This document shows positions 35,651 through 45,452 of a stretch of DNA of 64,000 nt, one piece after another. Every line of letters starts with the position of its first letter. Position 1 is the stretch's first letter. A program made the position numbers and the translations under genes. The notes beneath the pieces are model-generated. The model did no database searches and was not told the DNA's origin. It saw nothing but the letters and a program-made list of their open reading frames with translations. Origin of the DNA: Phycisphaerales bacterium (GTDB taxonomy: Bacteria; Planctomycetota; Phycisphaerae; Phycisphaerales; SM1A02); assembly GCA_022616475.1 (NCBI GenBank), contig JAKEEP010000056.1, positions 900 to 64,899 on the forward strand, given 5' to 3'.

Positions 35651-37252
35651 ATGAATTCAGAGCGGGCTAGTTCGCTTGCCGACGCGCCGGCTCAAACGGC
35701 GACGTGGCATGTTGATGTTGAGCCGTCACGCGTTGAAGCGACTTCCGCGCCGGTGGATGCCGCGCCGACCCTCCTCGACTCGGTGGTGGCGGCGACCGCA
35801 AGTCATCAATCTGACGCTCGCACTCATCTGGAGGCGTTTCTCCAAGAGTCATCCGGCGCGCGGGCCTTGCGAATGTGGGCCGGAAGCAAGGCGCCTGCGG
35901 CGGGACCGAGGGCTCGCGACCTCTGGCTGCAGATGTTGGCGCGGGACATCGCCGCCATCGACGCCATGCTCAACCAGCAGCTCAACGCTGTTCTTCATCA
36001 CCGGCGGTTTCAGCAGTTGGAAGCGTCGTGGCGCGGCCTGCGGTACCTGGTGGATCAGGCCGATGCCGATGAGAATGTTCACATCAGGATGCTCAGCGTC
36101 AGTTGGCAGGAATTGACCAAGGATGCCGAGCGTGCGCTGGAATTCGATCAAAGCCAGCTTTTTCGCAAGGTGTACACCGACGAATTTGATTCGCCGGGCG
36201 GCACGCCGTTCGGACTTCTGATCGGCGACTATCAGATTCAGCACCTACCGAGCCCCGACCATCCCGACGATCTGGGAACCGTGGCCTCGATCGCGCAGGT
36301 CGCAGCGGCGGCATTCGCGCCGTTCATCGGCGGGGCCGATCCGGCGATGTTCGGCCTGGAGAACTTTTCGCAGTTCGATCGGCCGATGGATCTCTCACGC
36401 GTGTTCGAACAAGTGGAGTACGTGAAGTGGAACGCGCTGCGGCAGGTTGAGGATGCTCGGTTTGTCGGCATGACGCTGCCACACACGCTCATGCGGTTGC
36501 CATACGCCGACGACAATTTCCGCCCGGATTCCTTTTGTTTTCGCGAGGAAGTGGAGGGGCCTGATCAAAGCAAATACCTATGGGGGAACGCGGCGTATGC
36601 GTTCGGCGCGGTGGTGATTCGTGCGTTCATCGATTCGGGCTGGCTCGCTGAGATTCGCGGTGTGAAGCGCGGCGAAGACGGCGGCGGGTTGGTGGCTGAC
36701 TTGCCGTCGTGCTCGTTCGGAACCGACAAGGCGGGCATCGCCCTGAAAAGCTCCACCGACCTGATCATCAGCGATGATTTGGAGAAGGAGTTGAATGACT
36801 TGGGCTTTGTGCCCTTGAGCCATTGCAAAGACACGCCATATTGCGCGTTCTACGGCAACCAGTCGATCCAGAAGCCCAAGCTCTATGACCAACCGGCGGC
36901 GACAATGAACAGCAAGATCTCGAGCATGATGCAGTACATCTTGTGCGCTTCGCGGATCGCGCATTATTTGAAAGTGGTGGCGCGCGAAAAAATTGGATCA
37001 TTCAGCGAGGCTACTGACCTCGAGGAGTACCTGAAGCGGTGGGTGCATCAGTACGTCACGCCCGACTCCGAAGCGCCGGCGAAAGTGAAGGCGCAGTTCC
37101 CGCTTCGAGAAGCGCAGGTGCGCGTGCGGGAGCGCCCGGGCAGCCCGGGAAACTATGCATGCGAGATGCACTTGCTTCCGCACTATCAGCTTGATGCGCT
37201 CACAGCGTCGGTTCGATTGCGGACCGAGTTGGCCCCGGCGAGGTCGGCGTGA
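35651..37252 (+). CDS. tssC: T6SS sheath large subunit paralogue TssC, copy 2 (ImpD-like)
   Basis: Collinear with copy 1: [77 protein letters not shown]. It has an Ala/Pro-rich N-terminal extension. An alternative GTG start at 35555 overlaps the copy-1 stop (GTGA). Confidence 0.9.
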   Translation: MNSERASSLADAPAQTATWHVDVEPSRVEATSAPVDAAPTLLDSVVAATASHQSDARTHLEAFLQESSGARALRMWAGSKAPAAGPRARDLWLQMLARDIAAIDAMLNQQLNAVLHHRRFQQLEASWRGLRYLVDQADADENVHIRMLSVSWQELTKDAERALEFDQSQLFRKVYTDEFDSPGGTPFGLLIGDYQIQHLPSPDHPDDLGTVASIAQVAAAAFAPFIGGADPAMFGLENFSQFDRPMDLSRVFEQVEYVKWNALRQVEDARFVGMTLPHTLMRLPYADDNFRPDSFCFREEVEGPDQSKYLWGNAAYAFGAVVIRAFIDSGWLAEIRGVKRGEDGGGLVADLPSCSFGTDKAGIALKSSTDLIISDDLEKELNDLGFVPLSHCKDTPYCAFYGNQSIQKPKLYDQPAATMNSKISSMMQYILCASRIAHYLKVVAREKIGSFSEATDLEEYLKRWVHQYVTPDSEAPAKVKAQFPLREAQVRVRERPGSPGNYACEMHLLPHYQLDALTASVRLRTELAPARSA

Positions 37253-37311
37253 GTGTGAGAAGTAGACGAAACCTGAGCAGTTGAAGCCAACGTTCGTTGA
37301 GGAGTGAAGTC

Positions 37312-38115
37312 ATGACCGTGAAAGAACATTACAAGGCCGGGCGATTGTCGGAGGCGCTGGCGAGCGCGACGCAAGAGGTAAAGCAGAATCCGAGTGATGT
37401 GACCAAGCGCAGACTGTTGTGCGAGATGCTTTGCTTTGCGGGCGACTTGGACCGGGCCGATGTGCAGCTCGACGCCATCGCGCAAATGGATTCGACGACG
37501 GCCTTGGACGTCTCGCTGTTCCGGCAGCTGTTGCGGGGCGAGCAGGCGCGGCGACAGTTCTACGATGAGGGCCGCGTGCCTGAGTTTCTCGACACGCCCA
37601 CGGCCAATCTCCAAATCCGATTGCAGGCTTCGATCGCCTTGCGCGATGGGCGCCCCGATGAAGCGGCGAAGCTGCTGGGCCAGGCCGAGCTTGAGCGCGC
37701 GAGGATCGCCGGCGTCTGCAATGGCGAGCCGTTTGACGATTTTCGCGACATGGATGATCTGACGGCGTCGTTCTTCGAGGTGCTCACGAGCAATGGAAAG
37801 TACTACTGGGTGCCGTTTGAGAAGGTTGACGTGATTGAGTTCGAAGCGGCGCAGCGGCCGCGCGATCTGCTGTGGCGTGCGGCGCATCTGGTCGTGCATG
37901 GCGGTCCCGATGGTCAGGTGTTCGTGCCGGTCCTCTATGCCGGGTCGCATGCAAACGATGATGAGCTCGTGCGCCTCGGTCGGATCACCGACTGGCGGCA
38001 GACCGCCGGTCCGATCGTTCGAGGGTGCGGGCAGCGATCGTTCCTGGTCGGCGATGGCGACCGATCGATCCTTGAACTGACCAAGATCGAGTTTCAGCAA
38101 TCGTCAACAACCTGA
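37312..38115 (+). CDS. tagJ: T6SS accessory protein TagJ (ImpE/SciE family)
   Basis: The N-terminal TPR-like segment HYKAGRLSEALASATQEVKQNPSDVTKRRLLCEMLCFAGDLDRADVQLDAI matches the ImpE pattern. Its position between tssC and tssE matches imp-type clusters. Confidence 0.8.
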   Translation: MTVKEHYKAGRLSEALASATQEVKQNPSDVTKRRLLCEMLCFAGDLDRADVQLDAIAQMDSTTALDVSLFRQLLRGEQARRQFYDEGRVPEFLDTPTANLQIRLQASIALRDGRPDEAAKLLGQAELERARIAGVCNGEPFDDFRDMDDLTASFFEVLTSNGKYYWVPFEKVDVIEFEAAQRPRDLLWRAAHLVVHGGPDGQVFVPVLYAGSHANDDELVRLGRITDWRQTAGPIVRGCGQRSFLVGDGDRSILELTKIEFQQSSTT

Positions 38116-38144
38116 ATTGATCGAGACAAGAAGACCACTTCATC

Positions 38145-38633
38145 ATGCCGCGCGTGTCCGACAACCAACCCTTGATGCCTTCGGTGCTCGATCGACTGGC
38201 GCTACAGGATCGCAGGCCCTCGGCTGGCCGCGATTCGATGTTTTCGGTTCGCGATCTCAAACAGAGCATCCGCCGCGATCTGGAAAACCTGCTGAATACG
38301 CGCTGGCGCTGCACAGCGTGGCCGCCCAATCTGGATGAGCTCGGCCAATCGCTGGTGGATTACGGGATTCCCGATTTCAGCGGCTCCAGCCTTGGTTCGA
38401 CCGTCAATCGAGAGGAGTTCCGGCGGATCATCGAGCGGGCGATCCGGCGGTTCGAGCCCCGCTTGAAGAACGTGAGCGTGGAACTTTTGAAGAATGCCGA
38501 AGCCATCGATCGAATCCTGCGGTTTCGCATCACGGCAATGGTTCAGGCCGACCCTCTGCCCGAGCAGGTGGTGTTCGATTCGGCGCTGGAGCCGCTGACG
38601 GCGAACTTTCAAGTCAAGGGAGGCGGACGGTGA
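38145..38633 (+). CDS. tssE: T6SS baseplate protein TssE (gp25-like)
   Basis: Contains LMPSVLDRL...SIRRDLENLLNTR...VDYGIPDFSG...IERAIRRFEPRL, typical of GPW/gp25 family TssE. Its stop overlaps the tssF start (GTGA). Confidence 0.9.
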   Translation: MPRVSDNQPLMPSVLDRLALQDRRPSAGRDSMFSVRDLKQSIRRDLENLLNTRWRCTAWPPNLDELGQSLVDYGIPDFSGSSLGSTVNREEFRRIIERAIRRFEPRLKNVSVELLKNAEAIDRILRFRITAMVQADPLPEQVVFDSALEPLTANFQVKGGGR

Positions 38634-40462
38634 CTGACGAGCTTCTTCCATACTATCAGCGCGAGCTTTCGTACCTGCGCCGTCTGGGCGCCGAGTTCGC
38701 TGATGCCCATCCCGACGATGCGGCGCGATTGCGTATCAGCGCCGACACGTGCGATGATCCCCATGTCGAGCGGATGATCGAAGCGTTTGCGTATCTCACG
38801 GCACGCATCCGGCACAAGCTGGATGACGACTTTCCGGAGATCACCAGCGCGCTGTTAAGCGTGCTTTATCCGCATTATCTGGCGCCGATTCCGTCGATGG
38901 CGATCGTCGAGCTGGTCCTTGATCGCGGGCAAGGCGGATTGACCAAGGGTTTGCGGCTGGCGCGCGAAACGGTGATCGAGACCGAGCCGGTAGACGGCGA
39001 GCCGTGTCGCTTTCGCACCTGTTATCCGGTGACGTTGTGGCCCATCGAGCTGGTCTCGGCGCGGTTGGGCGCTGCGCCATTTTCCGAGGGCAAGCCGCCG
39101 CCGGCGCCTGGGGTTTCAACCGTGCTTCGGTTGGAGCTCAAGTGCTACGCCAAGGACATGACGTTCAGCAAGCTGGAAATGCCGGCGCTGCGCTTCTTCC
39201 TCAAAGGGCAGCCGCAGCACGTGCAGGCACTGCATGAGTTGATCTTCAACAGTACCCTGGAGGTCTCGATCGGTTCGGGCGGCGCCGCGCCGCGAATGAT
39301 GGGAACTCAATGCCTTCAACAGGTGGGCTTCAATCTTGATGAGGGCATGTTGCCCTATCCGGCGCGGTCCTTCCCGGGATATCGGATGCTCACGGAGTAC
39401 TTTGCCTTTCCGGAGAAGTTCCTCTTCTTTGAATTGGCCGGGTTGAGTCCGAGTCTCTTGAACGGAATTGGGAACAAGCTCGAAGTCTGTCTGTACCTGA
39501 ATCGCTCGTCAGCCGACCTGGAGCACAACGTGTCGGCCGACATGTTCCGCTTGGGCTGCACGCCGGTTGTGAACCTGTTCCAACAACGCGCCGAACCGAT
39601 ACGGCTCACGCAAACCGACACCGAGTACCACATCGTGCCGGACGCGCGGCGGCCGCTGGCGACCGAAGTGTATTCGGTTGAGAAGGTCACCGCGACCGCG
39701 CCCAGCGGCGAGGCCGTGGAGTATGTGCCGTTCTATTCATTTAAGCACGCGATCGATCGGCACAAGCAGCAGACATTCTGGTACGCCGCGCGAAAGCCCG
39801 CCGAATCGCGCGAGCGCCGCACCGATGAAGGCACGGAAGCGTACCTGTCGTTTGTGGATCTGGATTTCAACCCGGCCGCAGCCCCGAACTGGACGATCGA
39901 TGTGCAAACGACCTGTTTGAATCGAGATTTGCCTCATCGCTTGCCGTTCGGCGGGGGCCAGCCTCGGCTGCAATTGGCGACCGGCGGGCCGATTTCGCGC
40001 CTCACGTGCCTGACACCGCCCACGCCGACGTTGCGCGCTGCACATCGCCACCAAGCGATGTGGCGGATCATTTCTCACCTTTCGCTGAATCATCTCTCGA
40101 TCGCCGATGAGAACGGATCACCCGACGCGCTGCGCGAGATTCTTAAGTTGTACGACTACGCATCGACGGCGAGCACGCAATCGAAAATCGCCGCGATCCT
40201 CGACGTGCGCAGCCGGCGCGTGGTCGGCCGGGCGGGCGGCGCGGCAGCAGGGGGGTTCTGCCGCGGCATCGAGGTCGCGGTCTTGTTTGATGAAGATCGA
40301 TTTACAGACAACGGATTGTTTCTCTTCGCGTCGGTGATCGAGCGATTCCTGGGCTTGTATTGCTCGGTCAACTCGTTTTCAAGGCTGGTGGCGCGCACCA
40401 AGCAAAGGCAGGGAGCGTATCGGCAATGGTCACCCCGAGCGGCGGAAAAGGCCCTGCTGTAA
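38630..40462 (+). CDS. tssF: T6SS baseplate protein TssF
   Basis: The N-terminus LLPYYQRELSYLRRLGAEFADAHP and FAYLTARIRHKLDDDFPEITSALL are characteristic of TssF. Size is 610 aa. Confidence 0.9.
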   Translation: MTDELLPYYQRELSYLRRLGAEFADAHPDDAARLRISADTCDDPHVERMIEAFAYLTARIRHKLDDDFPEITSALLSVLYPHYLAPIPSMAIVELVLDRGQGGLTKGLRLARETVIETEPVDGEPCRFRTCYPVTLWPIELVSARLGAAPFSEGKPPPAPGVSTVLRLELKCYAKDMTFSKLEMPALRFFLKGQPQHVQALHELIFNSTLEVSIGSGGAAPRMMGTQCLQQVGFNLDEGMLPYPARSFPGYRMLTEYFAFPEKFLFFELAGLSPSLLNGIGNKLEVCLYLNRSSADLEHNVSADMFRLGCTPVVNLFQQRAEPIRLTQTDTEYHIVPDARRPLATEVYSVEKVTATAPSGEAVEYVPFYSFKHAIDRHKQQTFWYAARKPAESRERRTDEGTEAYLSFVDLDFNPAAAPNWTIDVQTTCLNRDLPHRLPFGGGQPRLQLATGGPISRLTCLTPPTPTLRAAHRHQAMWRIISHLSLNHLSIADENGSPDALREILKLYDYASTASTQSKIAAILDVRSRRVVGRAGGAAAGGFCRGIEVAVLFDEDRFTDNGLFLFASVIERFLGLYCSVNSFSRLVARTKQRQGAYRQWSPRAAEKALL

Positions 40463-41574
40463 TTCAGCAGCTTTTCTCAAAGCCGTACCAATTCGATTTC
40501 TTTCAAGCGGTGAGGCTTCTGGAACGTGCCGCCGGAGCGGTCGATGGCGCCGGCACGTCGGCGCCGGTGGGGCATGACTCCGCGCCGGCGCGCGAGGTCG
40601 CGCGTTTTCGCGCTGCGCCCGCGCTGAGCTTTCCAGCCGGCTCTATTGTCGAGCTTCGCGCTTCGAACTCCAACGGCGCCGCGCCGCCTCCCGCCGCCTC
40701 AGCCGAGCCTCATTCCGCGGCTTCCGCGTCCCCGGCTCACATGACCGTTGCCTTTATGGGTCTAACGGGTCCCAGCGGCGTCTTGCCCGTCCACTACACG
40801 CGAATGCTGATTGAGCGCAGTCGCGAAAAGGACTATTCGATTCGCGATTTCTTCGATCTGTTCAATCATCGATTGATCTCGCTGTTCTACCGCTCGTGGG
40901 AAAAATACCGCTTTCTGCGCGGTTATGAACGCTCCCGGCTGTCGGACCAGTCGTCGGTCGCGAATGGGGCCAAAGCGGATTTGTTTACGTCGTGCTTGCA
41001 TTGCCTGACAGGCATGGGGACCGACGGCTTGCGTGACCGAATGACGGTGGATGATGAGTCATTCCTTCTCTATGGTGGATTCTTTGCCGACTCCCATCGT
41101 TCGGCGGTCGCTCTGGAGCGTACGCTCGCGGACTACTTCGAATTGCCGGCATTTATCGATCAGTTCCAGGGACAATGGTTGAATCTCGGGCCGGATGACC
41201 TTTCGCGGCTCCCCGGCGGCGAGCATCCCAAGGGGTTGAATCATCAACTGGGTGTCACGACGGTGCTGGGCGATCGAGTGTGGGATGTTCAAAGTCGCTT
41301 CCGAGTGCGACTTGGTCCGCTCAGTTATGAGCAATACTGCCGGTTCACGCCCGCGGGCGATGGCCTGGAGCCGATTTGCCAGTTGGCGCGGACCTATGTG
41401 GGACCGCAGTTTGATTTTGATGTGCAACCAATACTGAAGGCTGAAGCAGTGCCGGCAACCCAGCTCGGGTCGGTGCTGGAGGTCAAACCGATGCTGGGGT
41501 GGAACGTGTGGTTGAAGTCGCAGGCGTTTGATCGTGATTTTGCGGACGCTTCGTTTTCGCGCGAGTCCATTTGA
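40426..41574 (+). CDS. tssG: T6SS baseplate protein TssG
   Basis: Contains PYQFDFFQAVRLLER near the N-terminus and FDLFNHRLISLFYRSWEKYRF, typical of TssG. It overlaps the end of tssF by 37 nt if ATG 40426 is used. Confidence 0.85.
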   Translation: MVTPSGGKGPAVIQQLFSKPYQFDFFQAVRLLERAAGAVDGAGTSAPVGHDSAPAREVARFRAAPALSFPAGSIVELRASNSNGAAPPPAASAEPHSAASASPAHMTVAFMGLTGPSGVLPVHYTRMLIERSREKDYSIRDFFDLFNHRLISLFYRSWEKYRFLRGYERSRLSDQSSVANGAKADLFTSCLHCLTGMGTDGLRDRMTVDDESFLLYGGFFADSHRSAVALERTLADYFELPAFIDQFQGQWLNLGPDDLSRLPGGEHPKGLNHQLGVTTVLGDRVWDVQSRFRVRLGPLSYEQYCRFTPAGDGLEPICQLARTYVGPQFDFDVQPILKAEAVPATQLGSVLEVKPMLGWNVWLKSQAFDRDFADASFSRESI

Positions 41575-41766
41575 GGCAATCGTGCGATGTGAGATTTGTG
41601 CAACCATGGCTGGAAACCCCTCAAAACACGTTCGTTTTCGTTATACTGATTCGGCCCGGATCGCCTGCGGGCACCGCGTGGTTACAGCGGAACGGAAGCT
41701 GCGGCAACAAGCGGTGATCAATAGTCCGGACGCCCGCGAGGCAGGATTCTTGCGCCGGCTCCTGCT

Positions 41767-44571
41767 GTGCTGGGGCACGCCGTGATAACTCTGCCGCTGA
41801 AGTCGTTGGTCGGTAAGCTGAACGACACGTGTCGCCTTTCGCTCGAATCTGCCGCGGGCTTCTGCCTGTCGCGCACGCACTACAACGTCGAGCTCGAGCA
41901 CTGGCTGCTCAAACTGCTCGATGCACCCAACACTGATCTGACGGCGCTGTTTCGGTACTACGAGATCGACACGGCGCGATTGAATCGCGATTTGACCAAG
42001 GCGGTGGATCGGCTCAAGCCCGGCAACGCCAAACCCCCGGGATTGTCGCAAACTGTCGTTGACCTGATGCGAGAGGCGTGGCTGGTGTGCTCAGTGCAGT
42101 TTCATGCCGGGCAGATTCGCTCGAGCCATTTGCTGTGCGCGCTGCTGAGTGATGATTCGTTGTCGCGGATGGCAAGCGACATATCCGAAGAGCTGGACAA
42201 GATCTCCGTCGAATCGCTCCGTCGCGACCTGGCGGACATCACGGCGGAGACCGACGAATCGAAAACCACGGCGGCGGCGACCGCTGCCGGCGGCCCTGCA
42301 GGACCGGCGGGCCGCCCGGGTTCCGGAAAGACACCCTCACTCGATCAATTCACCATCGACTTGACCCATCGCGCGCGCAAAGGCCAGATCGACCCGGTCC
42401 TTGGCCGCGATTCGGAAATACGGCAGATCATCGACATCCTCACGCGCCGGCGTCAGAACAATCCGATTTTGACCGGCGAGGCGGGTGTCGGAAAGACGGC
42501 TGTGGTTGAGGGGTTTGCGCAGAGGATCGCCGATGGCGATGTGCCTCCATCGCTTCGCGGCGTTTCGCTGCGGAGTCTGGATCTCGGGCTGCTTCAAGCC
42601 GGCGCGGGAATCAAAGGCGAGTTCGAGAATCGCCTCAAATCCGTGATTGAAGAGGTCAAGGCCTCGCCTCAACCAATCATTATTTTCATTGATGAAGCGC
42701 ACACGATGATCGGAGCGGGCGGTCAGGCCGGTCAGGGTGATGCCGCCAACTTGCTCAAGCCGGCCTTGGCGCGTGGCGAGCTGCGTACCATCGCGGCGAC
42801 CACTTGGGCCGAGTACAAGAAGTACTTCGAGAAGGATGCGGCGCTGGCGAGGCGCTTCCAGGTTGTCAAAGTCGAGGAGCCAACAGAAGCGGTCGGCGTG
42901 CAAATGATGCGGGGGCTTGTCGATACCTTGGAAAAGCATCACAAGGTGCGCATTTTGGATGAAGCGGTGGTTGACGCGGTGCGATTGTCGCATCGGTACA
43001 TTTCCGGACGCCAGTTGCCGGACAAATCCGTGAGCTTGCTGGATACGGCATGTGCGCGAGTGGGAATCAGCGACACGGCAACGCCGCCGGCGCTGGAGGA
43101 TTGCCGAAGGCGCATTGAGCAGTTGCAGGTTGCCATCGAGATTCTCAATCGTGAGGCAGTCGCGGGCGTGAACCATGAGGAGAAGCTCAAGGAGCTCGAT
43201 GAATCGAAGGCCAAGGCTGAGGTTGAGCTGAAAGAACTGGATGAGCGATGGAAGCAGGAAAGCGCGGCGGTCGCGAGCATTCGAGCGATTCGCCAGCAGC
43301 TGGAGGCCGGAACCCTTGTTGGCGCAGGAGTCTCGGCAGAATCGAACGGTCAACCGAACGCGACCACTGTGACAAGCGCCACGTCAACGCCGGGCGCCGC
43401 GTCAACTTCTTCACCTCAGTCGCCGGCCGTGGCCGCGCCATCTGAGCCCTTGCCTGCGGCTTCGCTCTCGAATGAAGAACGCCAGCGGCTGCGCTCTGAG
43501 CTCGACAGTCTGATGGCGCAGCTGCGGAAGCTGCAGGGTGAGGCGCCGCTGATGCAGGTGTGCGTCGATTCGCAGGCGATCGCCGAGGTAGTGTCAGGCT
43601 GGACCGGAATTCCCGTCGGCCGCATGATGACTGATGAAATCAAGACCATCCTCTCGTTGCGGCAACGCATGGAGGAGCGGATCATCGGCCAGTCGCATGC
43701 GCTGGAGGCGATCGCCCAGAGCATCCGGACATCGCGCGCCAACATGACCGATCCGCGCAAACCGATCGGTGTCTTCCTAATGGTGGGGACCAGCGGCGTG
43801 GGCAAGACCGAAACCGCGATCGCGCTGGCAGAGCTGTTGTATGGCGGCGATCAGAACATGACCGTCATCAACATGTCGGAGTTTAAGGAAGAGCACAAGG
43901 TATCGCTGCTGATGGGGTCGCCCCCCGGGTATGTCGGCTATGGCGAGGGCGGCGTGCTGACCGAAGCCGTGCGCCGAAAGCCCTACAGCGTTGTGCTGTT
44001 GGATGAGATGGAGAAGGCGCATCCGGGAGTTCAGGACATTTTCTATCAGGTCTTCGATAAGGGCTCGCTGCGCGACGGCGAGGGACGCGACATCGACTTC
44101 AAGAACACCGTCATCCTCATGACCTCGAACGCCGGTACCGACCTGATCACCAAGCTCTGCGCCGACCCCGAGACCCGACCCGATCCCGCGGCGTTCATCG
44201 AAGCGCTGCATCCCGAGTTACTCAAGACATTCAAGCCAGCATTCCTCGGCCGTGTCACGGTCGTTCCGTTCTACCCGCTGGCCGATGACGTGATGCGCAA
44301 GATCATCGAGCTGCAACTGGGCCGTATTCGCCGGCGCGTGCGTGAGAACTACAAGGCGACGTTCACCTATTCGCCGGAACTGGTGGCGAGCATTGCCGAT
44401 CGGTGCAAGGAAGTCTCGACCGGCGCGCGAAACGTGGATCACATTCTCACCCGAACGTTGCTGCCCGAGATTTCGGCCGAGTTCCTCTCGCGAATGGCCG
44501 AGGGTCAACCCATTACCTCGGTCAACGTTTCGGTGAACAACGAAGGGCGCTTCGAATACGCCATTCAATGA
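41767..44571 (+). CDS. clpV: T6SS AAA+ ATPase ClpV (TssH)
   Basis: Clp N-domain (LKSLVGKLNDTCRLSLESAAGFCLSRTHYNVELEHWLLKLL). Two Walker A sites (LTGEAGVGKTAVVEG and MVGTSGVGKTETAIALA). Walker B IIFIDEAHTM and VVLLDEMEKAH. The exact start is uncertain (ATG 41767 or GTG 41782). Confidence 0.95.
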   Translation: MLGHAVITLPLKSLVGKLNDTCRLSLESAAGFCLSRTHYNVELEHWLLKLLDAPNTDLTALFRYYEIDTARLNRDLTKAVDRLKPGNAKPPGLSQTVVDLMREAWLVCSVQFHAGQIRSSHLLCALLSDDSLSRMASDISEELDKISVESLRRDLADITAETDESKTTAAATAAGGPAGPAGRPGSGKTPSLDQFTIDLTHRARKGQIDPVLGRDSEIRQIIDILTRRRQNNPILTGEAGVGKTAVVEGFAQRIADGDVPPSLRGVSLRSLDLGLLQAGAGIKGEFENRLKSVIEEVKASPQPIIIFIDEAHTMIGAGGQAGQGDAANLLKPALARGELRTIAATTWAEYKKYFEKDAALARRFQVVKVEEPTEAVGVQMMRGLVDTLEKHHKVRILDEAVVDAVRLSHRYISGRQLPDKSVSLLDTACARVGISDTATPPALEDCRRRIEQLQVAIEILNREAVAGVNHEEKLKELDESKAKAEVELKELDERWKQESAAVASIRAIRQQLEAGTLVGAGVSAESNGQPNATTVTSATSTPGAASTSSPQSPAVAAPSEPLPAASLSNEERQRLRSELDSLMAQLRKLQGEAPLMQVCVDSQAIAEVVSGWTGIPVGRMMTDEIKTILSLRQRMEERIIGQSHALEAIAQSIRTSRANMTDPRKPIGVFLMVGTSGVGKTETAIALAELLYGGDQNMTVINMSEFKEEHKVSLLMGSPPGYVGYGEGGVLTEAVRRKPYSVVLLDEMEKAHPGVQDIFYQVFDKGSLRDGEGRDIDFKNTVILMTSNAGTDLITKLCADPETRPDPAAFIEALHPELLKTFKPAFLGRVTVVPFYPLADDVMRKIIELQLGRIRRRVRENYKATFTYSPELVASIADRCKEVSTGARNVDHILTRTLLPEISAEFLSRMAEGQPITSVNVSVNNEGRFEYAIQ

Positions 44572-44782
44572 CGATGCGTGTTGGACGGAGATTTTCTTGC
44601 CTCACAAGAAGAATGCACGCAACTTTTCACCCGAACCGGCGACAATAGAGCATTCGGGGGCTGCACGAACGGAATCGAACCCCACTGCAGAGTCATAGCC
44701 GGTGAACGTCGGCTGGAAGCCGCGAGACCCAGCCCGCCGGTTGTCGTCTTGTCCAACATCGTCGAACACAAAGGAGTTTGCC

Positions 44783-45277
44783 ATGCCCGCCTATCTGAAG
44801 CTCGGAGACATCAAGGGAGAAATCACTGAACAGGGTCACAAGGACTGGATCAAAATCGAGACCATGGCCGCCCCGATCTTCCGCTCGATCCCTCAAGGCG
44901 CCAAAGACATGCAGCGCGCTCGCGGTGAGACCACCCTCGGCGACATCGTCATCGTCCGTGAGCTTGACAAATCATCGGTCAAGCTAGCTGAAGCGTGCGC
45001 CAACGGCACCTTCATCAAGGGGCCCAATACCGAGATTCACTTCTGCTCCACGGTGAACAACAAGGAGGAGCCGTACCTCAAGTACAAGCTCACCGACGTG
45101 ATCGTCACCAGCTACAGCTTCCACGGCAACTCCAGCGGCAGCCCGCTGCCCACCGAGGAAGTCACACTGGGCTTCTCTGAAATCGAATGGACGTACGTCC
45201 TGATCGATCCCAAGACCGGCGAGCCCAAGGGCAACATCCCGGCCAAGTACAATCCCAGCACGGGCAAGGCCGGGTAA
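44783..45277 (+). CDS. hcp: T6SS tube protein Hcp (TssD)
   Basis: AAGGAG lies 7 nt upstream of the ATG. The N-terminus MPAYLKLGDIKGEITEQGHKDWIKIETM is typical of Hcp. Size is 164 aa. A strong terminator hairpin follows. Confidence 0.9.
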   Translation: MPAYLKLGDIKGEITEQGHKDWIKIETMAAPIFRSIPQGAKDMQRARGETTLGDIVIVRELDKSSVKLAEACANGTFIKGPNTEIHFCSTVNNKEEPYLKYKLTDVIVTSYSFHGNSSGSPLPTEEVTLGFSEIEWTYVLIDPKTGEPKGNIPAKYNPSTGKAG

Positions 45278-45321
45278 GGCCGGAAATTTGTCGCGTCGCG
45301 CCGCCGGCGCTGACGTTTACC

Positions 45322-45361
45322 GCGGACCCGGGGAAACACCCCGGGTCCGCATTTTCTGTTT
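45322..45361 (+). terminator. Rho-independent terminator (or attenuator) downstream of hcp
   Basis: A perfect 12-bp GC-rich stem, GCGGACCCGGGG (45322-45333) pairing with CCCCGGGTCCGC (45339-45350), has a 5-nt loop AAACA. It is followed by ATTTTCTGTTT. Confidence 0.8.
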
Positions 45362-45452
45362 GTGAAGCGGCTTGGCAATGTCAGAATGGCCTCGCCGCTA
45401 AAAGCCTCGTTCACCCGTTCGGCCGAATTCACCACAAGGCTTGGGCTCACCC

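Noticed and set aside
34062-37252. Tandem duplication of tssC with only one tssB, which at first looked like a novel sheath composition.
   Set aside because: Two adjacent TssC-family genes (impC/impD, tssC41/tssC40) are a known feature of the Rhizobium/Agrobacterium imp-type clusters. The gene order here matches that type, so this is a diagnostic of subtype rather than a novelty.
41528-41785. An 85-aa ORF filling the tssG-clpV spacer.
   Set aside because: It overlaps both neighbouring genes and has Cys/Arg-rich unstructured composition. It has no RBS and no motif. The 190-nt gap is more simply an intergenic region.
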